A program made the translations under genes and the position numbers. A DNA stretch of 55,728 nt, from the NCBI GenBank assembly GCA_021200215.1, contig JAJQGV010000145.1, positions 1 to 55,728 of the forward strand. The letters run 5' to 3'. Under the pieces are notes generated by a model that was not told the DNA's origin, did no database searches, and worked only from the letters and a program-made list of their open reading frames with translations. This document shows, one piece after another, positions 38,093-48,473 of the stretch; position 1 is the first letter of the stretch; each line of letters opens with the position of its first letter. Source of the stretch: Ruminococcus sp. (GTDB lineage Bacteria; Bacillota; Clostridia; Oscillospirales; Ruminococcaceae).

Positions 38093-40996
38093 TTAGAACT
38101 CATCAATTAAACCTAATAGATACTTTTTAAGGCTTAGTAAATCATTGCTTTTAACATCGCCGTCAGTAGTTACATCAGCGTTTTTCAAAGCCTGTTCTGA
38201 AAGTTCATCAAGACCTAATAGATACTTTTTCAAGAGTAATAGGTCATTACTCTTAATGTCACCATCGCAGTTCACATCGCCTAATAGAGTATTATCAATG
38301 TCACCATCATTAGAGGTTGTAGTACTGCTTGAATCGTCGTTATCTATAGTGGTTATAGTGGTATCTATAGTAGTTATTGTAGTAGTATCGCCTTGTTTGG
38401 TTAAAGATATTACTTCTTCAGTAATACCATCGAACTCTACAATTACGGAGTCATCTACTTCAAGGGTATCATAGTATTGAATACTATCCAAATTTATAGA
38501 TATTTCGGTATCATCTTCTAGTTTAACTATAATATCGTTGCCTTTAACTTCTGTTACTGTACCGTTCATAGTGTAATTTTCTTTAGTAGTAGTGGTAGTA
38601 GTAGTATCACTAGCGGTAGTAGTTGTTGTAGTGGTAGTTTGTGTAGGATTAGGAACTACATCTGTTAGTTGACTATATATTATACCAGTACCTACAGTAC
38701 TCATGTAGAAAGTTCCGTATGTGTTCATATCGCCAACTATGAAGTTGCCGTTACCAGTACCACCATAAGAATGGGCATCATCATTAACCCTAAACCAAGT
38801 TTCACCAGCATCAGTAGAGGCATATATGCCTTCTGCATCAGATTCGGTAGGTCTGCCCCATATGTATAGCGTATTAGGTGAGTCTTCATCTTTAGGAGCA
38901 CCATAGCCAACGGTCTTGCAGTAGTATACGTTTAGACTCTCAATATTTTGACCTTGATTCGTAACACGATATAATCCATACCAGCCACCAGCTAAGATTA
39001 AATCATCTTCACCTAGATAGGCTATTCTAGTAGCAGCGTCGCAACCATCATATTGACAGATGTCTATAGCAGATGAGAAAGTCGTACCGTAATCAGTACT
39101 TACATAAAGTCTATATGGTGTAGATGCGTTTGGAGTATAAGGGTCATTATAGTAGCCATAAGCATATACCAAAGATGGATTTTCTAAGTCTACAAAAGTA
39201 TAAGGTACACATTCATAGTATACTCCATTTATACCACAACTAGTCCAAGTTGCTCCAAAGTCGTCAGTATAGGAAACTCCACCAGAAACTGCATGGAATA
39301 TTCTATAAGTTCCGTCTTCAAGTTGTGTGATGGCAGCCTTACCGCCTTCACCACCAGAGCTTTCCATTTCAGTCCAAGTTTCACCAGCGTCCATAGAGTA
39401 GTATGCAGGTTCTTGATGTTCCGAGAATCTAACCATAACATCAGGATTAGATGGGCAGTAGGCTATTGCACTTGTAGAGCCTATGTTTGGAGTATATTGC
39501 TTACTTTCAGTAGGTGAGTAATGTATAAATCCATCATAGTCACCTATTGCTGAGTATACGTTTCCGCCTTTAACACTAACCATATCTAAGGCAACGACTT
39601 CTTCAATACCATCTGCATGGAAGTAGTATTGAGGACACTCTGCCCAAATATCGTCACAAGTAAAGATACCATTACCAGAAGTTACCCAAACTTTATCGGG
39701 GTCACGAGGGTCTATAACCATACAACCAGTCCAGTGGATAGCTTTACCTTCTACCCATGATACTCCACCATCTTGTAAGTAATCTGCTTGTAATGGGCCA
39801 CCCCAACCATCTTCATTACCAGGGGCTAATTGTTTCCAAGTTTTACCGCCATCTTCTGACCTAAATGTAATATCACCCCAAGCTACGCTGTCAGTTTCCC
39901 AGTCATCTTCGTGCCATAGTTGAGAGTACCATAATCCGCAAGTAGTGGCAACCAATTTATTAGAATCGTTAGGGTCACTATATACTGCACCGAATGAATT
40001 TGTTGTAGGTGATATGTTATCTACTGAACCATCTTCTATGTTGTAACGATAACAACCACCATCGCCACTGAATGATAAAGCACCCGCATATGATATTAAT
40101 AGGTTGCCGTCAGCGTCAAGATTAAATCTTGATGGATATGTATCGGTAGGTAGGTCATCACTTAGTGGTTCAAAGGTTTCTCCGTTATCTTCTGATACAT
40201 ATACACTAGGTTTTCCTTGAACTGATACTCCTACGAATAGTTTACCATCAGAAATTGCTAAAGATGATACTCCATTAGTAGAGTTGTATGCCGTACCATC
40301 GGCATCTACTATGCTTACCATGTTGTCAGTCCATGTAGGCCAGTTGGTAGTACCAGTGAATAGATTTAAATCATCAAAGCCCTCCACAAGTTCCCAAGTT
40401 TCACCACCATCAGTAGATTTTATTAAGCCGTTAGTTCTACCGCCACAGTATATAGTATCAGGATTTTCAGAGTCTATGACTAATCTTTCGCCAAAGTGAC
40501 GACCGTCACCATTACCCATTACTTGAATTAAGCTAGTAACATCGGTAGAGGTAAACGTCTTACCGCCGTCAGTGGTTTTGTATACAGCTGTACGAGCATC
40601 ACTAAAGTAAGCACAGCCACAAAGGAAGTATACAGTATCATCATCATTAGGGTCAATAGCTATAGCCTCTACACTTAGCATACCTCTATCAGCCTCTGAG
40701 ATAAAAGCAAATAGCTGTTCCCATTCTTCAGTATCATAGTTGTATTTGTAAGCACCGCCTACATCGGTACGAGCATACATGACGTCTTGACCTGTAACTA
40801 TACCAGATACAAAACCACCTCCAGTAATCTCTATACCTCCCCATTCACGAGTGCCTTCTTCTGTTTCCACATACTGAGAGTATGCTTCTACTTGATTATC
40901 TTGTGTTATACTACTAAAGTCCGCACATATGAAAGCAGTAAATGCTATGGTTATAGATACTGCTAATGCTGATATCTTTAAAAATCTTTTAGACAT
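38093..40996 (-). CDS. Secreted BNR/Asp-box double-propeller glycoside hydrolase (GH74 xyloglucanase-like) with Thr-rich linkers, a small beta domain and a C-terminal type-I dockerin
   Basis: Eight SxDxGxTW/F Asp-boxes (STDGGKTF, STDGGETW, SEDNGETF, SEDGGKTW, SMDAGETW, TDDFGATW, STDYGTTF, STDAGETW). Dockerin DVNCDGDIKSNDLLLLKKYLLG...DVTTDGDVKSNDLLSLKKYLLG. ATG at 40996 follows AAAGGTGA. Confidence 0.75.
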   Translation of the reverse strand: MSKRFLKISALAVSITIAFTAFICADFSSITQDNQVEAYSQYVETEEGTREWGGIEITGGGFVSGIVTGQDVMYARTDVGGAYKYNYDTEEWEQLFAFISEADRGMLSVEAIAIDPNDDDTVYFLCGCAYFSDARTAVYKTTDGGKTFTSTDVTSLIQVMGNGDGRHFGERLVIDSENPDTIYCGGRTNGLIKSTDGGETWELVEGFDDLNLFTGTTNWPTWTDNMVSIVDADGTAYNSTNGVSSLAISDGKLFVGVSVQGKPSVYVSEDNGETFEPLSDDLPTDTYPSRFNLDADGNLLISYAGALSFSGDGGCYRYNIEDGSVDNISPTTNSFGAVYSDPNDSNKLVATTCGLWYSQLWHEDDWETDSVAWGDITFRSEDGGKTWKQLAPGNEDGWGGPLQADYLQDGGVSWVEGKAIHWTGCMVIDPRDPDKVWVTSGNGIFTCDDIWAECPQYYFHADGIEEVVALDMVSVKGGNVYSAIGDYDGFIHYSPTESKQYTPNIGSTSAIAYCPSNPDVMVRFSEHQEPAYYSMDAGETWTEMESSGGEGGKAAITQLEDGTYRIFHAVSGGVSYTDDFGATWTSCGINGVYYECVPYTFVDLENPSLVYAYGYYNDPYTPNASTPYRLYVSTDYGTTFSSAIDICQYDGCDAATRIAYLGEDDLILAGGWYGLYRVTNQGQNIESLNVYYCKTVGYGAPKDEDSPNTLYIWGRPTESDAEGIYASTDAGETWFRVNDDAHSYGGTGNGNFIVGDMNTYGTFYMSTVGTGIIYSQLTDVVPNPTQTTTTTTTTASDTTTTTTTKENYTMNGTVTEVKGNDIIVKLEDDTEISINLDSIQYYDTLEVDDSVIVEFDGITEEVISLTKQGDTTTITTIDTTITTIDNDDSSSTTTSNDGDIDNTLLGDVNCDGDIKSNDLLLLKKYLLGLDELSEQALKNADVTTDGDVKSNDLLSLKKYLLGLIDEF

Positions 40997-41167
40997 AATA
41001 TTCACCTTTCCTAAATTTTTTTATATATACTCATATTGTACCATAAGTAATATTTTTTGTCTATAATGTTTTTGAATGTTTTTATGGAATATATTTTGTG
41101 CAATATGTCAATATTATGACATATTATGGGCGTGTTAAATGTCATTTAATTTTTAAGTCAAAAAAGA

Positions 41168-41200
41168 TAACGCTTTAGATGTATTATATCTAAAGCGTTA
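41168..41200 (-). terminator. Terminator after the 98-aa hypothetical gene
   Basis: 13-bp stem TAACGCTTTAGAT/ATCTAAAGCGTTA. Confidence 0.7.
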
Positions 41201-41219
41201 CTTAATATCATATTTTAGA

Positions 41220-41516
41220 CTATTCTTTGCGTTTAAGCCAAGCCACAGCTAAGTCTAATGCCTCGTATAGACTATCTCTTTCGCCACTTCTAATTATAGC
41301 TTTCATGATGTCTAAATTTTCGTTCGTGGAAACCTTGTACACCATAATCTTATCAGCTATATTAATACCGTTAATACTCTGTTTGTGAAGGATTTGCATT
41401 CTAACGAAATAATCATCTGACATATTTCCAAAGTATAGTTCATCTTGTTTTCTAACTAAAGGATATCCCTTGTATGTAAGGAATGAATCCTTATTATTAT
41501 TTTCATTTGAGTTCAT
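41220..41516 (-). CDS. Hypothetical cytoplasmic protein (98 aa)
   Basis: Intact ORF with its own terminator. No motif that I recognise. Confidence 0.5.
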   Translation of the reverse strand: MNSNENNNKDSFLTYKGYPLVRKQDELYFGNMSDDYFVRMQILHKQSINGINIADKIMVYKVSTNENLDIMKAIIRSGERDSLYEALDLAVAWLKRKE

Positions 41517-41681
41517 AAATATGCAACCGCCTTTCAATCATTTATATTTAGTAAGATACATATTTAATTATAACACAAATTTGGTTTTTTGGCAATACGC
41601 ACAAATGAATTTTATATTGAGGATATTTTTTATAGACATTTTTAGTAATTTTATTCATTAATATGCCCTTTAATGACACTG

Positions 41682-43145
41682 TTACCAGTTAGTAACAAAA
41701 TCATCAGAGCCATTTATATTCTCTATGTTTGGTAGTAGAGCATTATCTAAAAAGCTAGAACGACAAGCAAAACTAGGTACACCATTATGAACTATTACAC
41801 ATTTTCTATCGCTTATACGATAGAACTCAACTACATCTGGTTCACCACCCGATTGTAAGTTTATGGTTACTGTAACTTCGGGTTCACCTGATACTTCATC
41901 TAGGTATAACTCTTCTGCAGGAGCTTTAATTAATGCTTGATAGAAGCTCTTATACCTGTTTAAATCGAAGTCATTACCATTTAACTTGATAGTATAGTCA
42001 TCTGCATCACCTTCGCCCTCAAACTTTAGAGTTGTATCATTAGTTTCAATAGTCATATCACTAATATCATAGATGTACGTTCCAAACACTATTTGAGATG
42101 TTATATCCATAGGTTTTAGCGTGAGCCAAGGTATAGAACCTTCACTGAATGAGAATAGTATATCAATGCCATCAAAGTAGCCAAGGTATGATGTGTAAGT
42201 AGTACTTTCATCGGCAGATGATGTATAGGCATTGCCTAAAGTTAATGTGTAAGTATTGCCATCATCACATACCATAGTTACCGTACAAGTAGGGTCATTA
42301 ATACCTGCAACTTCTAAATCATCTTCGGTAGGTGATAGCTTAATGATACTATCTGCAGTTAAGCCAAACATTCCATGAGTTATCTCTTCTGAATTTTCAA
42401 CGTTTAAGTATGCATATACTGGAGATGTCATAATATGCGATGCAGAAGTTCCACCAACATAGTCTTCATCATCTGTACGATGGTCATATGTTAGTACTAT
42501 ATCATAGTCTAAGTCAGAACGTTCAACGGTTAAACTTTCGACGATTGGATATTCATCATCATCTGGAGTCGATAGACATATTCTTGATATAAAGTAGTTT
42601 CTATTCTTAGTAAACACATACAATGGGTTACTACTAACTGTATATACGTCATCATCATCTGCAAGTTTAAGATATACACCCTCTACTGGACTGTTGTCAC
42701 CTATCAATAAGGTTTCCGAAGTATCGTCATCGAAGTATACGGTTACTTCTGCGGTGGGATTATCTAAGCCGTACTGTTCCAAGTCTGTAGAGTCTTCTTC
42801 AATGAACTCTAAGGCACTTAAACTAGAGCAATTGTTGGCTATGGTAGATACTATGGAGTTATTTAAATCATAGTCTTCAATGCCTTCAATATTGTAAGTA
42901 GCATCAGTATCATCAGTAGCCTCAGCGGTTCTGTATAGTACATATCCACCTTCTTCATTGGTTACTTCTACACGATTAACCTCATTGCTATCGTGTTCAT
43001 AGAATACATGACTTTCTTCTGCGATTAAGTTATCTTCATCTAAGGTATCATCGGACTTATCAGTGAGTTTTAAAGCTATGAATCCGCCCACAAGAACGAC
43101 TAAGCATATACTACCTCCGATTATTCCCTTTACGGTTTTATTCAT
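41682..43145 (-). CDS. DUF4340-like membrane-anchored extracytoplasmic protein
   Basis: N-terminal TM anchor, acidic beta-rich ectodomain, and the usual position downstream of a GldG-like gene. Confidence 0.6.
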   Translation of the reverse strand: MNKTVKGIIGGSICLVVLVGGFIALKLTDKSDDTLDEDNLIAEESHVFYEHDSNEVNRVEVTNEEGGYVLYRTAEATDDTDATYNIEGIEDYDLNNSIVSTIANNCSSLSALEFIEEDSTDLEQYGLDNPTAEVTVYFDDDTSETLLIGDNSPVEGVYLKLADDDDVYTVSSNPLYVFTKNRNYFISRICLSTPDDDEYPIVESLTVERSDLDYDIVLTYDHRTDDEDYVGGTSASHIMTSPVYAYLNVENSEEITHGMFGLTADSIIKLSPTEDDLEVAGINDPTCTVTMVCDDGNTYTLTLGNAYTSSADESTTYTSYLGYFDGIDILFSFSEGSIPWLTLKPMDITSQIVFGTYIYDISDMTIETNDTTLKFEGEGDADDYTIKLNGNDFDLNRYKSFYQALIKAPAEELYLDEVSGEPEVTVTINLQSGGEPDVVEFYRISDRKCVIVHNGVPSFACRSSFLDNALLPNIENINGSDDFVTNW

Positions 43146-43179
43146 CTATTAATAACCTCCACAACACATATAAATTAAT

Positions 43180-44877
43180 CTACTTGTTTCTGCGTCTAAT
43201 GTATACTACCACGCCTATGGCTACTATTACTAGAGGTATTACAAACATTACTACAGTTCTAATGGCTAATATTTGAGTATCATCTATACTAATAGTGGAT
43301 ATAGATAGGCTCTTAGGTACTATAGTAATTCCAGAAGATTTACCAGTCATTTTATTTATAGCGTTTAGTATAAATTCACCATTGTTATAGGAAGTATCTG
43401 AGGTAATGTAGATATCTGTCATAAATGCAGAACCCATTACCATTACGTTACTAGTTATCTTTTCATTATCTTCATTGAATACATACTTAGAACCCATAGC
43501 CATTACGTTCTGTAATCCTGTAACTGCAGTAGATATATCAAAGTCATCAGTAGCATCTCTAGGTATTAAAGCTGATGTGTTGGAAGTAGTCATAATTACA
43601 GAGGTTTCTCTATCGCCATTAGTTTCCCATAGAATCTCAATAGGACGTGGTAGAGGCACTGCTATAGGTAGGGTTGTGTCGGATACTAGGTCGGCATAAT
43701 CATCATTAGCTATAACACCTATAGATGACCTAATAGTATATCCTAAACCGTATACACTAACGTTTTGACTAGCAGATGTATTAGTTTCAGCAATATAGCT
43801 ATCACCTATGGCTAAACCCCATTCTTCAAGAAATTCATCTATGTTAGAAGTTGTGTTTTGGTCATAGTTTGCCATGTATAGTACATTCTTTCCTAAGTTT
43901 CCATCGTTGTATAGGTAGTCACTAATCTTATCTATAACTGGAGTTGAGAAGTCATTTAGTGGCGATAGTATTAATAGTAGGTCGGTGCTTTCAATGTCCA
44001 AGTCATCGGTTAGTAGGTCAACCTCTTCTAAATCGTAACCGTTACTACTCAACATATTTAGTAACGATTGTGCAGATGCATATACGGAAGTAGGCATATC
44101 GGTAGATACTAATACAGCTTTCTTAGGGTTAGCATCGGTTACGTACATAACAGCAGATGTTAGTTCTTGCTCAGCATTAGATTGTGAAACGGTAGTATTT
44201 CCATAGCTATCGGTAGATGTTGTAAATAGACTACTTAAGCTTAGTACCTTAATTCTATCGCTATCATCTTCAGATAAAGCCTCTCTAAATACTACAATGT
44301 CACCTTCTGTTAAGTCGCCCTTATAGACTTCATTAAACCTAGTTACTACGCTAGGATTCTTATTCATATCTACGAAACTAACGGAAATCTTATCACTGTA
44401 TAGAGCATACTTCTTAATGACCTCAGATGCTTGTTTAAAGTAGATAGCATTGTTTTCAAAGGCACTTTCATCGGCTAAGACGGTAATTTCAATCTCATCT
44501 TCAATACTTACAAGATAGTCTATAGTATCTTGAGATATTGTATATATGTCGTTATCGGTCAAGTCCATAGTTAGGTCGAACCTTTCGGTTACATCTTGCA
44601 CGATTAGGTTTACAGCTACTACTATGGCTACTATTATCAAAGTGAATACAGTAGCTAGAGTTCCATACTTTAACTTTTTAGTATTGAACTTTTTTTTCTC
44701 TTTTTTAGGTTTATCTTTCTTTTCTTTTTTAGGCTTTTTATTCTTCTTATGCTTATTAGTCATGTCATCATTTACTTCATTAGTGGAGTTTTCTGTAGAA
44801 ACATCTTTGGTATTTTCAATGTTTTCAGGAGTTTCTTTTACAGAATTCTCATGTAAATCCTTATTATCTTTGTTCAT
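43180..44877 (-). CDS. GldG-like ABC-transporter auxiliary protein
   Basis: Lys-rich N-terminus, TM anchors at both ends, large ectodomain. Follows an ABC-2 permease. ATG at 44877 follows GGAGG. Confidence 0.6.
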   Translation of the reverse strand: MNKDNKDLHENSVKETPENIENTKDVSTENSTNEVNDDMTNKHKKNKKPKKEKKDKPKKEKKKFNTKKLKYGTLATVFTLIIVAIVVAVNLIVQDVTERFDLTMDLTDNDIYTISQDTIDYLVSIEDEIEITVLADESAFENNAIYFKQASEVIKKYALYSDKISVSFVDMNKNPSVVTRFNEVYKGDLTEGDIVVFREALSEDDSDRIKVLSLSSLFTTSTDSYGNTTVSQSNAEQELTSAVMYVTDANPKKAVLVSTDMPTSVYASAQSLLNMLSSNGYDLEEVDLLTDDLDIESTDLLLILSPLNDFSTPVIDKISDYLYNDGNLGKNVLYMANYDQNTTSNIDEFLEEWGLAIGDSYIAETNTSASQNVSVYGLGYTIRSSIGVIANDDYADLVSDTTLPIAVPLPRPIEILWETNGDRETSVIMTTSNTSALIPRDATDDFDISTAVTGLQNVMAMGSKYVFNEDNEKITSNVMVMGSAFMTDIYITSDTSYNNGEFILNAINKMTGKSSGITIVPKSLSISTISIDDTQILAIRTVVMFVIPLVIVAIGVVVYIRRRNK

Positions 44878-44900
44878 GTTAAAAATCCTCCATAAAAATA

Positions 44901-45605
44901 TTAGCTCCAACGACGTTTTTCAAATACTCTAACGGTGAAAAAGTTGAATAGAACTATAACACTGATATAGAATAATACACTAGATAGGTCGAATATACCT
45001 TGAGTAAACTCATAATATCTAGTATAGAACGATAGTTTGATTAGTAACGTACTAAGCCATTCCCATGAAACTATAGAAGATACACTATCTAGTAAGTATA
45101 AAATTAGTAGTGCAAACATTCCAGCAATAGCTGCTACTATCTGATTTTCTGTAAGTGCCGATACTAACATGGATACCGATATGAATGCTCCTCCTAAAAG
45201 TAACAGTGCTAAACAGTTTGAAAGTACCATAGTCCATGAAACTGTACCAAAGAATGCTAATATTAATGCGTATACAAGAAATATTGCAATACCTAGTGTA
45301 TATAACGTTAATGCCGATAGATATTTTGCTATTACTATCTCTCCTAAACTTACTGGAGCAGTCAACAGCCCTTGTTCTGTCTTTTGTTTCTTTTCTTCAC
45401 TCATTAAACGCATGGTCAATATTGGTATTAAGAACAGTATTACCATAAACATTGATGAGAATACAGCAGACATATCTGTAGTAGATGAGTATAGACATCC
45501 CATACTAAAGAAAAATGCAGAAAAGAAGTAGAATACTGCTAAGAATATATAAGCTATCGCTGAAGAAAAGAATGCTCCTATTTCACGTCTATATATAGCA
45601 CCCAT
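44901..45605 (-). CDS. ABC-2 type transporter permease
   Basis: Six hydrophobic segments, 234 aa, start overlapping the ATPase stop. Confidence 0.8.
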   Translation of the reverse strand: MGAIYRREIGAFFSSAIAYIFLAVFYFFSAFFFSMGCLYSSTTDMSAVFSSMFMVILFLIPILTMRLMSEEKKQKTEQGLLTAPVSLGEIVIAKYLSALTLYTLGIAIFLVYALILAFFGTVSWTMVLSNCLALLLLGGAFISVSMLVSALTENQIVAAIAGMFALLILYLLDSVSSIVSWEWLSTLLIKLSFYTRYYEFTQGIFDLSSVLFYISVIVLFNFFTVRVFEKRRWS

Positions 45606-46582
45606 TAGTTAGTACCTCCAATTTTATTGTCTTTGTTATTTATAACGTTTTCTCCCATAGTAATCTTTAAGAAGATGTCCTCCAACGTCATCTCATTATT
45701 TTTCATCATTAGAATATTATAATGGTTATCTTGACACACTTTGTTAATATCATATCGAATATCTTTTCCTTCTTTTGCTTCAATCTCAAACTCCCAGATA
45801 TTTTCTTCACGCATCATATCTGCCTTTACTGATATTACTCCTTCGATATCTCTTAAAGCCTTTATAATATCTTTTTTACCTGCACCATCTATACGCATGA
45901 TTAATCTATGGTCACCAGAGATAGTCTTAGATAGGTTGTCAATAGTATCTTCTGCGGATACTTTACCTTTATTTATGATAATAACTCTATCACAAACTGC
46001 TTGTATCTCCGATAGTATGTGAGATGATAGTATTACAGTATGTTTCTTACCCAACTTTCTAATTAAAGTTCTAATTTCAATAATCTGTTTAGGGTCTAAA
46101 CCTACAGTAGGCTCGTCCAATATCAATACGGGTGGATTTCCTATCAATGCTTGAGCTAAACCTACTCTCTGTTTATAGCCTTTGGATAGGTTTTTAATAA
46201 GTCTATCATAAACATCTGTAATCTTCACTAGTTCGCATACATCTTTAAGATGTGCTTTCCTTGGTAGCTTACACTTTTTTAAGTCATATACAAAGTTTAG
46301 ATAGTCTTTAACGGTCATATCAATGTATAGTGGTGGCATTTCTGGAAGATATCCTATATTTTTCTTAGCCTTTAAAGGCTCTTCAAATATATCCACACCG
46401 TTAATTATTGCACTACCCGATGTTGATGAAATATATCCTGTTAATATGTTCATAGTGGTGGATTTTCCTGCACCATTTGGCCCTAAAAATCCTAGTATTT
46501 CGCCATCTTCAACGGTAAAAGATATCCCGTTTATGGCATTTTTGTCACCGTAACTTTTGGTTAGGTCTTTTACTTCTATCAT
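45605..46582 (-). CDS. ABC transporter ATP-binding protein
   Basis: Walker A GPNGAGKST, signature LSKGYKQR, Walker B LILDEPTVGLD. ATG at 46582 follows AGGAGGGA. Confidence 0.93.
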   Translation of the reverse strand: MIEVKDLTKSYGDKNAINGISFTVEDGEILGFLGPNGAGKSTTMNILTGYISSTSGSAIINGVDIFEEPLKAKKNIGYLPEMPPLYIDMTVKDYLNFVYDLKKCKLPRKAHLKDVCELVKITDVYDRLIKNLSKGYKQRVGLAQALIGNPPVLILDEPTVGLDPKQIIEIRTLIRKLGKKHTVILSSHILSEIQAVCDRVIIINKGKVSAEDTIDNLSKTISGDHRLIMRIDGAGKKDIIKALRDIEGVISVKADMMREENIWEFEIEAKEGKDIRYDINKVCQDNHYNILMMKNNEMTLEDIFLKITMGENVINNKDNKIGGTN

Positions 46583-46686
46583 TAAAAAAAATTCCCTCCT
46601 ATATTGAGTATAATACAATACTTTATATTATATTTTTACTTTGTGAAATTTTCATGTTAAGAGTGTATCTTGAATATGAAATTTGA

Positions 46687-47556
46687 CTATTTTAAACACG
46701 TTTCAATGTCATTGTGTATCGCTCGTTTTAGTTCATCTATGGATTTAAACATCTTTTCTGGACGAATATAACCCTTTAAAGATACTTTTATAGTCCTATC
46801 GTAAAGATTTCCATTGAACCCTATAATATGAGTTTCAGCTATTGGAGTGTTATCTTTAGATACAGTAGGTTTTACTCCTACGTTAGTAATAGATGGATAA
46901 CTTTGTCCATCTATTAGAGTGCTAGAGGAGTAAACTCCAAACTTTGGAACTATTTGTCTATTACCGAACCTTTGATTTATAGTAGGAAAGTTAATAGTTC
47001 TGCCAATCTTATTTCCATGTACTACTGGTTTGTTTATAAAGTAATTACGACCTAAAAGTTGGTTGGCTGTCTGTATATCCCCGTTACATATTAACTCTCT
47101 TATCTTACTAGATGATACTAAACTATTCTCAAATAGAATAGGCTCTACTACTTCAACATTAAATCCGTACTTAGAGCCAAAGTTTTGTAGGTCGGTTGTG
47201 TTACAAGATGCTCCTTTACCGAATCGGAATTTTCTACCGCATACTACCATTTTAGCGTTCATTTGAGTATGTAGTATATCTTTAGCAAAGTCTTGACCGC
47301 TCATATTATGTACTTCGTTGAAGTTAGGGCAAACTATACTATCTACACCCATAGTGTTGAGTATATCTAGCTTAGACCTATTGTCTATTATGTAGTTTAA
47401 TCTTTTGCCATGCTTAAACTCCATATCTTCAACCGAAAACGTAAATACAGCAGTTTTTAATCCAAACTTGTTATGCGATAATGCTCGATTTATTACATAT
47501 TGATGTCCTAAATGTACGCCATCGAAGATGCCTAAAGCTATACAATAACTATCCAT
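46687..47556 (-). CDS. ribF: Bifunctional riboflavin kinase / FMN adenylyltransferase
   Basis: GIFDGVHLGHQ nucleotidyltransferase motif and C-terminal riboflavin kinase (GRTINFPTIN, HIIGFNGNLY). Confidence 0.93.
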   Translation of the reverse strand: MDSYCIALGIFDGVHLGHQYVINRALSHNKFGLKTAVFTFSVEDMEFKHGKRLNYIIDNRSKLDILNTMGVDSIVCPNFNEVHNMSGQDFAKDILHTQMNAKMVVCGRKFRFGKGASCNTTDLQNFGSKYGFNVEVVEPILFENSLVSSSKIRELICNGDIQTANQLLGRNYFINKPVVHGNKIGRTINFPTINQRFGNRQIVPKFGVYSSSTLIDGQSYPSITNVGVKPTVSKDNTPIAETHIIGFNGNLYDRTIKVSLKGYIRPEKMFKSIDELKRAIHNDIETCLK

Positions 47557-47579
47557 CTTAAGATTAACACCACCTTTTT

Positions 47580-48473
47580 TTAAAAGTTCTTTCCTATGCG
47601 TAAAATTCTTTCTGTGTAGTCCAACTTAGCAGTACCTATAAATGTATTATCATAAGAGTATACTGTACATTCTGTGATATTTTCTTCTAAAGTCAACTCA
47701 CTTAATGGAAGTTTAACTCCGTTTCTATAAGCTTTCGTTTGAGTTTCCGTTAGATGTATCTGTGGTAGGTGTTCAAAGATTCTCTCAGTTGGAACTATTA
47801 AATCATCGATATTCCCATTAGATATTGCACTTTCTACATCTTCAAATGAGTAACATTCGTTTATATTAAATCCACTTGCAGAAGTTCTAATTAATGATGT
47901 CATATATGCACCAACATTTAAACTCTCTCCAATATCGTTGATTATCGTTCTAACGTACGTACCTTTACCACATGATATCTCTAACGTTCCCATCTGTGAT
48001 ACTTCATCATATGATGTTAGTTTAATACCGTATATAGTAACCTTTCTAGGTGGTCTATCTATTACTATATTTTTTCTAGCAAGTTCATATAATCTTTTGC
48101 CACCTATCGATACTGCTGAGTACATTGGTGGTATCTGGTCTATTTCACCGATAAAGTTTTTAAATACCTCTTGAATGTTATTCGTGGAAACGTTCTTATG
48201 TGGATATTGTTTTATAACCTTGCCCGTACTATCTTGAGTATCTGTAGTAGAGCCGAATTTGAAACCCGCTACGTAGATTTTATCATCGTTAGGTAGAATA
48301 TCACAACACTTAGTGGCAGTACCTACGAATACTGGAAGTACTCCAGTAGCCATAGGGTCAAGAGTTCCTGAGTGTCCTAAACGTTTCATCTTTAATATTC
48401 CTCTAAGTTTTGCAATAACATCGAAAGATGTGAACCCTTGAGGTTTATTCATGCATAATATACCATCTTTCAT
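47580..48473 (-). CDS. truB: tRNA pseudouridine(55) synthase TruB
   Basis: GILCMNKPQGFTSFDV and the catalytic GHSGTLDPMATGVL. Confidence 0.95.
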   Translation of the reverse strand: MKDGILCMNKPQGFTSFDVIAKLRGILKMKRLGHSGTLDPMATGVLPVFVGTATKCCDILPNDDKIYVAGFKFGSTTDTQDSTGKVIKQYPHKNVSTNNIQEVFKNFIGEIDQIPPMYSAVSIGGKRLYELARKNIVIDRPPRKVTIYGIKLTSYDEVSQMGTLEISCGKGTYVRTIINDIGESLNVGAYMTSLIRTSASGFNINECYSFEDVESAISNGNIDDLIVPTERIFEHLPQIHLTETQTKAYRNGVKLPLSELTLEENITECTVYSYDNTFIGTAKLDYTERILRIGKNF

